Part shown: piece after piece, positions 1 through 7,389 of the stretch
Layout: every line of letters begins with the position of its first letter
Position numbering within the stretch: position 1 is the stretch's first letter
Source: a virus
Lineage: Duplodnaviria; Caudoviricetes
IMG/VR virus record: IMGVR_UViG_3300028888_000047
Coordinates: 224,001 to 288,000 of that record
Reading direction: 5' to 3' (one strand)
Length of the DNA stretch: 64,000 nt
Program-made: the position numbers and the translations under genes
Notes under the pieces: generated by a model
What the model saw: only the letters and a program-made list of their open reading frames with translations
Told to the model about the DNA's origin: nothing
The model's database searches: none

Positions 1-3000
1 CTACTAATGTGTGACACAGCAGTTGGGACTGAAACTGTTTTATTTGCCGATGTGTTATAAGAATCATTTGTCTTACTTGTAACATCCACACCATACTCAA
101 TGGTTAATGCACTATGAGGCAATGTAACTGACTTGTCACTTGCAGGGTCAAACGTATCTGTTAAACCATTGTGAACAACTGTAAACTTACCTCTATTTAA
201 GTGGTTAACTGCTGTTGGTATACTTATTGATTTATCTGCTGATGTGTTGAATGAATCAGTACCACTCTTTCCACTTGTTGCTTCATAAGTCCAAGTTAAT
301 GAACTGTGAGGTAAAGTTAATGCGGTAGATGCCTTAAATGGGTCAAATTCTGCGTTTGTTAAGCCATTATGTGTAATGTTTAACTTATAAGAATTCAAGC
401 TGTGTACAGCGTTACTCTTAGAGAATGTCTTATCGCCATTTGGGGTTACAATTTTCACCGTTGTATCGGCTGAAACATGTATCTTTTGTCCATCATAATC
501 AGTGGTGAAATTAATCGCGTTAGTATCATCGAAAGAATGGTCTTGAACAAGATTATTAGCTGGAAGATAAACAGTCTTATCGTCAGAATGACCTGTAGAT
601 GGATTAAATACGTTCCACACTAATTTAATATACCACTCGCAAGTTTTATCGCCAGCTGTACAAGCAGTGAATGAGCTACCACTTGCATGGCCATTTACAA
701 TTGCTACATCCTTCAAAATATGGTCCTTTGGTATATCAATCCTTACTGTATTACCATTTTGGTCTTTGACCTGCTTTCCATTTTGCCAAAGTTCATACCA
801 CTTAAGGTTCTCATCTGTTGCAGCATAATCGCCAACCTTAAACGTGACTTCGCCTCTATTCATTACCTCACACAATGCAGCGTTGACGGTTGTAGAACTC
901 AATTCGCTTGTGCAATCTGGTGTAAAATAAAGCTTTTTACCATTATCTATGTATACATCATTTTTAAAATGAGTAGTGCCGCTAATATTTGTATTACCAG
1001 TAACATTAAGATTATTAGTTATGTTAGTATTACCTGTAATATTTGTGTCTCCACTAATATTAGTTGTACCACTTATGTTAAAATTAGTTACTTTATTATT
1101 AATGGTTGTAGTTGTATTATTGATTGTTGTGAAGTTGTTGTTGTTAGTAGCACCACCTTCATTAATAGTTGCGCCTGATATGTTTACAGTAGTTGCGGTT
1201 GTAGAACCGTTACAATCAATACCAACATTTGTTGTAGCACCATATACATTAGCTTTAGTAGAGCCGCTTACACAAATATTTGCACCATTCAAATCATAAT
1301 TTGTGATGTTAAAATTACCATTAGTGAAGTTTTCATTTAAAGTAGTTCCGCCTTCATTAATAGTTGTACCAGATACATTTATTGTAGTAGCTGTAGTACC
1401 ACCGCAATCAACGCCAACATTTGTTGTAGAGCCATAGAAGTTAGCCTTTGTTGAGCCACTTACACAAACATTAGTAGCATCAAGGTCGTAATTAACAGCA
1501 TCAACGTTAATTGTTGTTCCTGATACATTAATTGTTGTACCTGTTTCGTTAATTGTAGTACCATTGATGTTCAACGTAGTAGTTTGACCGCCATCAGCGC
1601 AATTCTTACCTATATTAGTCTTTGTTGCACCAACAAATGCTGCTGTTGTTCCTGCACTTTCACAAAGTGTATCTTTTGCAAAAACCTCAACATCACCACC
1701 ATTTCCTGTAGACTGAATGGTAACTTTATTATTTTCACCATTTGTTTCAATAGTGGTTGAACCAGTAGAAACCACTGTGGTGTTTCCTGTTGTATTAACA
1801 TTGTAATTACTACTATTGTTCTCTGTTAATACACCTGTTGTGTTTTCAGTCTTAGCAGAAAGATTATTTTCTATAACAATACCCTTCTTATTTTCTGTAG
1901 TAGTGCCACTGTGGTTTTCAGTTACGTTACCAATCTTAGTTTCGGTAGTTGCGCCGCTTGTAACAAGTGTGTATGTGCTTTGGTTATTTTCAGACACAAT
2001 TCCCTTTCTATCAATTGTTGTCGTGCCACTGTGACTTTCTTTTACGTTACCAACCTTAACTTCGGTTGTGGTTCCTGTTGTGTTAACAATAACATCACCT
2101 GTTGTGTTGACAGTATATCCTGACTGATTATTCTCAGTAACTTGACCTTTGAATGTTTCTGTAGTAGTGCCACTTGTGGTTCTTACAACATTGTTCTTAT
2201 TATCCTCGGTAACGATTCCTGTACGTGTTATATTTGTAGCACCAGTAGTATTAATATTATGGGTGCTCTTGTTGTTTTCTGTTACAACACCGTCAGTTGT
2301 TTCCGTTTTAGTTGCATTATTGGTAATTGTAACAGCCCCAACCCTTGTTAAGTTAGTTGTACTACTGTTAGTTTCTGTAACCGCGCCAGTCTTTACTTCA
2401 GTTGTAGTACCAGTAATGTTAACATTTACATTACCTTTTACGTTTTCTGTAGTATTACCACTTGTATTTACAGTTTTATTAGATAGGTTAGTTTCTGTTA
2501 CATTACCATCATTTGTAGATGTCTTAGTACCTACAGTATGTGTTGTAATATTACCACTTGTGTTTATAGTTTTATCAGCAAAATTGTTCTCAACAACATT
2601 CCCCTTTTTATTTTCTGTTGTTGAACCACTGTGGTTTTCTGTAACGTCACCTATCTTGGTTTCAGTAGTTGTGCCACTTGTAACAACTGTAACAGCACTA
2701 CTATTATTCTCAAACACATTGTTGAATCTATTAACGGTAGTTACGCCTGTTGTATTTTCTGTTACATTACCTTTTTTATTTTCAATTGTATCACCTGATG
2801 TATTTGTGGTTACGCTTCCATTAGTGGTAACTGTTTTGCTGTTAACGTTTGTTTCAGTTACATTACCTCTTCTAACTATGCTTGTAGTTCCTGTGATGTC
2901 TAAGCTTGAATCGCCACTTACTTTTGTAGTATCAGTTCCGATAGTTGCTGTTCTTGTCGTAGCTGTTTGCTTATAATCATCATTACTAAACGTTGCGTTT

Positions 3001-3599
3001 GTGGTAGTAACCATTAAAGTGTGACCTGTACGAGTACCTGTACCATCACCATTTGTGATTGTGGTATTACCACTAAGGTCTGTTTTATCAGTAACAGTTA
3101 ATGAACTAAACGATGGGTTAGCGCCAATCATAGCATAACGAGACATATCAATAGCAAAACCTGCGCCATCAGTATACCCACTATCGGATGTTGGGTTAAC
3201 TGACTTATTATATATATCCTTAGAACCGTTAATATCTCCATGTTTTGGGGTATTACCGGCAACTACTTGGTTAAGCTTAATCACAATATTAGATTTATTG
3301 CCAATAAGGTCGTTATTGGTTATACCATATGAACCAAAACTATCGACAGTGCCTTCAGGACCAACTTCACCACGAACTTGACCTTTATAAGGCACAACTT
3401 CTTTCTTCTCCACCCAATCAATTATTTGTTCGTCTGAAGAAAACCTAACAACTTTGTCATTTGTGTTTTTAATTGAAAGAAATTCTTTATCTTCTGCGTT
3501 GTTAACCGCAATTTCACCAACCTCAAGAGTGGAAGGTGTTGGCTGCTTATCAGGAACACTACTATGTATGTGTTGCAGCTTTTTTCTGTCTTTTGCCAT
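1..3599 (-). CDS. Tail fibre/spike-like protein, runs off window (>1199 aa)
   Basis: Absent from the ORF track because it is truncated. ATG at 3599 reads MAKDRKKLQHIHSSVPDKQPTPSTLEVGEIAVNN (Mtd_N-like GEI motif). Followed by 8-aa Thr-rich repeats (GNVTENHS/GTTTENKK) and longer internal repeats; no stop seen down to base 1. Confidence 0.85.
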   Translation of the reverse strand, partial: MAKDRKKLQHIHSSVPDKQPTPSTLEVGEIAVNNAEDKEFLSIKNTNDKVVRFSSDEQIIDWVEKKEVVPYKGQVRGEVGPEGTVDSFGSYGITNNDLIGNKSNIVIKLNQVVAGNTPKHGDINGSKDIYNKSVNPTSDSGYTDGAGFAIDMSRYAMIGANPSFSSLTVTDKTDLSGNTTITNGDGTGTRTGHTLMVTTTNATFSNDDYKQTATTRTATIGTDTTKVSGDSSLDITGTTSIVRRGNVTETNVNSKTVTTNGSVTTNTSGDTIENKKGNVTENTTGVTTVNRFNNVFENNSSAVTVVTSGTTTETKIGDVTENHSGSTTENKKGNVVENNFADKTINTSGNITTHTVGTKTSTNDGNVTETNLSNKTVNTSGNTTENVKGNVNVNITGTTTEVKTGAVTETNSSTTNLTRVGAVTITNNATKTETTDGVVTENNKSTHNINTTGATNITRTGIVTEDNKNNVVRTTSGTTTETFKGQVTENNQSGYTVNTTGDVIVNTTGTTTEVKVGNVKESHSGTTTIDRKGIVSENNQSTYTLVTSGATTETKIGNVTENHSGTTTENKKGIVIENNLSAKTENTTGVLTENNSSNYNVNTTGNTTVVSTGSTTIETNGENNKVTIQSTGNGGDVEVFAKDTLCESAGTTAAFVGATKTNIGKNCADGGQTTTLNINGTTINETGTTINVSGTTINVDAVNYDLDATNVCVSGSTKANFYGSTTNVGVDCGGTTATTINVSGTTINEGGTTLNENFTNGNFNITNYDLNGANICVSGSTKANVYGATTNVGIDCNGSTTATTVNISGATINEGGATNNNNFTTINNTTTTINNKVTNFNISGTTNISGDTNITGNTNITNNLNVTGNTNISGTTHFKNDVYIDNGKKLYFTPDCTSELSSTTVNAALCEVMNRGEVTFKVGDYAATDENLKWYELWQNGKQVKDQNGNTVRIDIPKDHILKDVAIVNGHASGSSFTACTAGDKTCEWYIKLVWNVFNPSTGHSDDKTVYLPANNLVQDHSFDDTNAINFTTDYDGQKIHVSADTTVKIVTPNGDKTFSKSNAVHSLNSYKLNITHNGLTNAEFDPFKASTALTLPHSSLTWTYEATSGKSGTDSFNTSADKSISIPTAVNHLNRGKFTVVHNGLTDTFDPASDKSVTLPHSALTIEYGVDVTSKTNDSYNTSANKTVSVPTAVSHIS

Positions 3600-3769
3600 A
3601 ATTTTATTTAACTAAATAGTTTATTAAGAAAAGCAAGTAAGGACTTGCTTAAATTATTATTTAATTATAAATATTATGCCAATAACAAAAGAACATTATA
3701 AATTGTAAGGTTTATAACGTTTTTTCAAATATTGAAAAAAACATTATTTTTCCTATTTTTTATATAAAA

Positions 3770-4087
3770 ATGGGATACGTTTATTTAATTGGGGAAAAGG
3801 AAAATCCGGGAAGATTTAAAATAGGTTCAACAAGAGCAAAAGATGTTAATAAGAGATTGAAGCAATTGCAGACAGGAAGCTCATCAGAATTATATATAAA
3901 AGATTGTTTTGAAACAAGTCAGCCGTTTAAGCTTGAAAAAATGCTCCACAATCACTTTAATTCATCAAACATTATAGGTGAATGGTTTGAACTATTTGAA
4001 AGCGATACAGAGGCTTTTAGAGGCATCTGTGAGGAAAAAATGACTATCATTGAGTCATTGAAAGATAATCCATTCTATTTTAAATGA
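3770..4087 (+). CDS. GIY-YIG/T5orf172 (MUG113-like) nuclease family protein
   Basis: GYVYLI..FKIGST..RLKQLQTG..LEKMLHNHF..GEWF. Confidence 0.85.
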   Translation: MGYVYLIGEKENPGRFKIGSTRAKDVNKRLKQLQTGSSSELYIKDCFETSQPFKLEKMLHNHFNSSNIIGEWFELFESDTEAFRGICEEKMTIIESLKDNPFYFK

Positions 4088-4120
4088 AAAAAGCAGTTTG
4101 GTCACGGTCCAAACTGCTTA
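4088..4120. terminator. Hairpin between convergent genes, probable terminator
   Basis: AAGCAGTTTGG-N7-CCAAACTGCTT with A-tract on the left (U-tract for minus-strand transcript). Confidence 0.6.
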
Positions 4121-4275
4121 ATTTCTTCGTCTATATCTTCTAATATTTTCTTTCCTTTTTTCTCCCCATAATAATGAAGAATCATTCTATTGCTTTCTTC
4201 ATCTTCAGAATTATACAACCATTTAAGACCTCTATATATTTCTTTAATCAAGTCTTTGTTTATTTGTGTCGTCAT
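4102..4275 (-). CDS. Hypothetical protein, 57 aa (not in ORF track)
   Basis: MTTQINKDLIKEIYRGLKWLY...KQFGP*, fills the gap after the DUF4326 gene. Confidence 0.6.
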   Translation of the reverse strand: MTTQINKDLIKEIYRGLKWLYNSEDEESNRMILHYYGEKKGKKILEDIDEEIKQFGP

Positions 4276-4696
4276 GTGTGTTTTTTTCCAAATTAATTCG
4301 CTTTCTTTCTTCTATTTGTTCTTTTCTCTTTTCTTTTATCAGTTTTTGTTGCAACTTTTTTGCAATAATATCTGCGTGGCATTTACCAGGTTTACAAAAG
4401 CACCCAAGATACACATCTTTTCCTGTTTTATAGAACTCATATATTTCATCAAATGCTTTTGTGAATTCTTCATCATACCCATACATTTCATCGAAATACA
4501 TTTCATAAGCCGCAATGGCTTGTTCTACCGTTGGAAAAGACCTTTTTGCAATATTTGTTCGTTTTCCTTGATGCGTGAATGGATTTCCAAGCGGTGAATC
4601 ATTATATTTGCTTCTACCTACATAGAAGTACCCATCTTCGCCTGTTTTGTCTTCCGTTTTTATGTTTATAACATGAATCATTATTCTTCCTTCCAA
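4244..4696 (-). CDS. DUF4326-family protein
   Basis: YVGR..SPLGNPF..LGCFCKPGKCHADII. Confidence 0.8.
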   Translation of the reverse strand: MEGRIMIHVINIKTEDKTGEDGYFYVGRSKYNDSPLGNPFTHQGKRTNIAKRSFPTVEQAIAAYEMYFDEMYGYDEEFTKAFDEIYEFYKTGKDVYLGCFCKPGKCHADIIAKKLQQKLIKEKRKEQIEERKRINLEKNTHDDTNKQRLD

Positions 4697-5091
4697 GTAA
4701 AATTAAACTTTCTTGTTTTTGTCCAATACTTTTTAAAATCTTCCGCTTCATTTATATGCTCGGATAAAAACGCTTTCCATTTGCAAGATAGTCTATTTTC
4801 TATGCTGACTTGATTAGTTCCATATAAATAATTATACATCCAGTGGTATCTATAATGGAAAAAATGTCTTATGAACCCATTTAAAGTGTATTTACGATTA
4901 TATAGAAAATCATCAACAAATGTTTTTGATGTTTTTCTTCTTTTTCGTATAGTTCCTGGAATGCGTTCGCTTGAGAGCCTATTATACCTTAATTCATTTT
5001 TCCAAAATTTTAGCAACCTTGGTTTAACGCTGCCGTCAACATTTCTATATTCGCTTTCAATAAAACGCAAGAAAACTTGAGTTGCCGTCAT
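4681..5091 (-). CDS. Hypothetical basic protein
   Basis: ORF tightly packed in minus-strand operon. Confidence 0.6.
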   Translation of the reverse strand: MTATQVFLRFIESEYRNVDGSVKPRLLKFWKNELRYNRLSSERIPGTIRKRRKTSKTFVDDFLYNRKYTLNGFIRHFFHYRYHWMYNYLYGTNQVSIENRLSCKWKAFLSEHINEAEDFKKYWTKTRKFNFTWKEE

Positions 5092-5093
5092 AA

Positions 5094-5303
5094 TTATTTT
5101 AAACTTTTATCAACCAAATCCAACAATGAATTAATCTCATCGGGCGAAAGCTTTGACACCTTATCTCCAACTTTTTTGAGTTTGTTTGTATCAATCTTCC
5201 CACTCTGAACTGCTGTCAAAAAGCTCTGAGTCATTGTAAATTGCTCCGGTGTCATCATTGACTTTATTGCTTTTTTTACAAAAACGTTGTCTAAAATACT
5301 CAT
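5094..5303 (-). CDS. Hypothetical protein
   Basis: ORF packed in operon. Confidence 0.65.
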   Translation of the reverse strand: MSILDNVFVKKAIKSMMTPEQFTMTQSFLTAVQSGKIDTNKLKKVGDKVSKLSPDEINSLLDLVDKSLK

Positions 5304-5439
5304 ATTCGTCTTTTAATTTAATTATTAAACCGTGTATAAATTCTATTATAAAATCTATATTCACAACAATCAAAAATAAACAAAACAAAACAGTTAGAAT
5401 CAATACGCCATCAAAAAATAGTCCTATTATTCCTCCCAT
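5191..5439 (-). CDS. Small membrane protein
   Basis: Hydrophobic N-terminal ~40 aa; 3' part overlaps the next gene. Confidence 0.45.
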   Translation of the reverse strand: MGGIIGLFFDGVLILTVLFCLFLIVVNIDFIIEFIHGLIIKLKDEYEYFRQRFCKKSNKVNDDTGAIYNDSELFDSSSEWED

Positions 5440-5459
5440 AATTTTATTAACTTAGTTTT

Positions 5460-5639
5460 TTATTTTATTTTTTTCAATCCATCGATAATATCTTCCATTT
5501 GTTCTTCCGTAATAAATACATCTGAATCAAAATGTCCATATTTATCATATAAAGTTAGTCTATATGCTGGTAAATCATTTTTCAATCTATCTTCAGAATA
5601 ATCAAGACTAACCCTTTCAGTGTCTACAAAATATTCCAT
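5460..5639 (-). CDS. Hypothetical protein, 59 aa (not in ORF track)
   Basis: MEYFVDTERVSLDYSEDRLKNDLPAYRLTLYDKYGHFD...; downstream of a promoter. Confidence 0.65.
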   Translation of the reverse strand: MEYFVDTERVSLDYSEDRLKNDLPAYRLTLYDKYGHFDSDVFITEEQMEDIIDGLKKIK

Positions 5640-5706
5640 ATCTATTCAATTTTAAATTATTATTTTGAATAAATATGTCATAAACGTAAAAAAATACCAT
5701 ACTTAC

Positions 5707-5738
5707 CAAATATACAAAAAAAACCTTAAAGAAACAAA
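5707..5738 (-). promoter_or_regulatory. Bacteroidota-type sigma70 promoter
   Basis: TTTG-N20-TATATTTG; overlaps hairpin AACCTTAAAGA/TCTTTAAGGTT (5722-5750). Confidence 0.75.
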
Positions 5739-5770
5739 TCTTTAAGGTTAAATAATGTTAAAATAATCTG

Positions 5771-5858
5771 TTATGAGTGCAAGATTCGAACTTGCGGTGA
5801 GTTATTAACTCACACCGGAGCCAGAATCCGGCGCCTTAAACCCCTCGGCCAACTCACA
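5771..5858 (-). tRNA. tRNA with CTG anticodon (nominal Gln), long variable arm
   Basis: Acceptor TGTGAGT/ACTCATA; anticodon arm CCGGA-TTCTGGC-TCCGG; V arm GTGAGTT-AAT-AACTCAC; T arm GCAAG-TTCGAAT-CTTGC; no encoded CCA. Confidence 0.85.
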
Positions 5859-5863
5859 ATTTA

Positions 5864-5971
5864 AGCTGAAACCCTAGCTAGTTAAATGATTACTAAACAT
5901 CTTCATCGCCCTTGGGATGACTATCTACGACCTCTCGTACTATCAGCACTTTCACCATTTGGCTTCAGCTA
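5864..5971 (-). ncRNA. Candidate structured ncRNA (~105 nt)
   Basis: Closing stem AGCTGAAGCC/GGTTTCAGCT with inner stems TACGA/TCGTA, TCATC/GATGA, AAATGGT/ATCATTT. Confidence 0.45.
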
Positions 5972-5979
5972 TATTATAA

Positions 5980-6216
5980 CTAATCCCACCCCCATATTTC
6001 ATGTGACATTGGAAACCTCATTGACATTCTTTTCACAAAACTATCATTATACCATTTTTTCTTCCTGAAATACCATTTAAATTTACTATGATTTCTTCCT
6101 AAGACATGAGCAGTTGTTTTTCTCCATGACTGCCTGGCATACCAAGGTCTCTTTGTCTTTTTCAACATTTTTCTCCAAAACTTTTTTGGGGTGTTGAATT
6201 TTTTGCCTTTACTCAT
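5980..6216 (-). CDS. Highly basic Trp-rich small protein, 78 aa
   Basis: Start reassigned to MSKGKKFNTPKK because the longer track ORF overlaps a tRNA. Confidence 0.65.
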   Translation of the reverse strand: MSKGKKFNTPKKFWRKMLKKTKRPWYARQSWRKTTAHVLGRNHSKFKWYFRKKKWYNDSFVKRMSMRFPMSHEIWGWD

Positions 6217-6221
6217 ATTTG

Positions 6222-6296
6222 CCGGGGCAAACCGAGTCGAACGGTTTCTAGGAGTTCCAAAGGCTCCTGTGACATTTGCCGATACACCATACCCCG
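6222..6296 (-). tRNA. tRNA-Gln(TTG)
   Basis: Acceptor CGGGGTA/TGCCCCG; anticodon arm GGAGC-CTTTGGA-ACTCC; T arm AACCG-TTCGACT-CGGTT; G73. Confidence 0.8.
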
Positions 6297-6344
6297 TTAT
6301 TTGAAATGCCATTACACCATAGGGCAGTCCTATTACTCATATAC

Positions 6345-6377
6345 AAAAAATCCCATCAGTATTTCTACTAATGGGAA
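6345..6377 (-). terminator. Intrinsic terminator
   Basis: TCCCATTAGTA-GAAA-TACTGATGGGA followed by T6. Confidence 0.7.
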
Positions 6378-6521
6378 CATTTTATGAAAACATCCTTGGA
6401 AAAGGTCAATACAATATCTGTATCAACCGTTCCCATATGGTTGATACAACTTAAATCTGTTGTTGCTGTTGTCGTACTATATTCTTCATCTTATTTATAA
6501 ATATTAAATTGTTTTAAATTG

Positions 6522-6605
6522 TGCGCCTAGTCAGATTCGGACTGACACGCATATTTCAGCACAAGTTCCTAAGACTTGCGAGGCTACCGGTTACTCCATA
6601 GGCGC
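6522..6605 (-). tRNA. tRNA-Leu(TAG)
   Basis: Acceptor GCGCCTA/TAGGCGC; anticodon arm CAAGT-CTTAGGA-ACTTG; long V arm; A73. Confidence 0.9.
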
Positions 6606-6610
6606 AAATT

Positions 6611-6894
6611 ACTGTTAAACGAAATTAAGTCATAGAATCATACACTGTTTATTTTGGATTCGGTATCAAGCTCCAAAGCACACAACGGTTGCATTTTCGA
6701 TTCAAGCTTTTGCCACTTTCACTAGGAAAGTCGGATGCGTATACACCTAGGTATACGGTTACGGTTCGTGTCTTCCGATTTTATCGCAGGAGAGTGTGTC
6801 GAGGTGTTTTATCTTATCAATACTCCCTCAGTAAAGGTGAATAACTTCTTTACCTATTGTGCAGGGAGACCTTTTCAACTTTCCGCTTAACAGT
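6611..6894 (-). ncRNA. Candidate large structured ncRNA (~285 nt)
   Basis: Terminal stem ACTGTTAAGCGGAA/TTTCGTTTAACAGT enclosing at least 6 further stems; GC-richer than the genome; no long ORF. Confidence 0.55.
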
Positions 6895-7027
6895 TATTTT
6901 CTCCTTGGATGGGCTTTTTATTTTGCATATTAGCCCACCTAGTCTCTATTTTTTCCCTTAATCTCTTTTGGCGATTAATCTCATTCTGCCAAATTACAGG
7001 GTTTTCTACATCTAGTAAAACTTTCAT
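6887..7027 (-). CDS. Small ORF, 46 aa (not in ORF track)
   Basis: MKVLLDVENPVIWQNEINRQKRLREKIETRWANMQNKKPIQGENNC*, A-rich upstream context. Confidence 0.45.
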   Translation of the reverse strand: MKVLLDVENPVIWQNEINRQKRLREKIETRWANMQNKKPIQGENNC

Positions 7028-7062
7028 TTTTTGCAAAAATTTTAGGAAAGAATTTTATATCT

Positions 7063-7165
7063 ACCGCCGTGTCTACCAATTCCACCATACTACGGATAGA
7101 TATGGTTGTCTATTTCCCGTAGCAATGGGATTCGAACCCATACGGCTCATTTCGTCCAGCGGTTT
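7063..7165 (-). ncRNA. Circularly permuted tRNA-Leu-like element lacking an anticodon loop
   Basis: 3' half (7165-7117) precedes 5' half (7094-7063) in transcription; the halves pair into a full acceptor stem and anticodon stem. Confidence 0.75.
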
Positions 7166-7169
7166 CCTT

Positions 7170-7385
7170 GCTTAATTATTACTTGCTGTTACTTTCCTTG
7201 TTTTATATTTTAACCTTTGCCAAGGTTGAGAATTTTCAATGTTGCCTAATATACGCGATTTCCGAAGTCCTCGTTTAAATTAGGCACTTGGGGTGAACTT
7301 GATTTTCCTAGCCGCATTGAGGAAACTCTCCCAGGTCTAACGACCACCAAACACCCATAAAACTCATCGCGTTGCCCTAGTTAGT
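7170..7385 (-). ncRNA. Candidate structured RNA upstream of the permuted element
   Basis: Stems TGCCTAAT/ATTAGGCA, GAGAGTTT..TCAATG/CATTGA.AATTCTC, AACCTT/AAGGTT; no ORF. Confidence 0.4.
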
Positions 7386-7389
7386 AGCG

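Noticed and set aside
687-2976. Val/Leu-rich + strand ORFs
   Set aside because: Antisense shadows of the Thr/Asn-rich tail fibre on the minus strand.
1-3599. Diversity-generating retroelement target
   Set aside because: No reverse transcriptase or adenine-specific TR/VR pair in the window; the C-terminus is outside the window.
6217-6312. N-terminal 32 aa of track ORF 5980..6312
   Set aside because: Overlaps tRNA-Gln(TTG); the start is more likely at 6216.
7116-7150. GAGCCGTATGGG...TACGG resembles group II intron domain V
   Set aside because: Better explained as a tRNA V/T arm with canonical TTCGAAT loop; no pairing partner for the AGC triad, no domain VI and no RT nearby.
6909-7175. + strand 88-aa ORF
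   Set aside because: Antisense to the tRNA-like element and the small minus-strand ORF.
7030-7385. Natural permuted group I intron around the tRNA halves
   Set aside because: No recognisable P7 or J8/7 consensus, and the 5' half is not followed by loop bases that would rebuild an anticodon.
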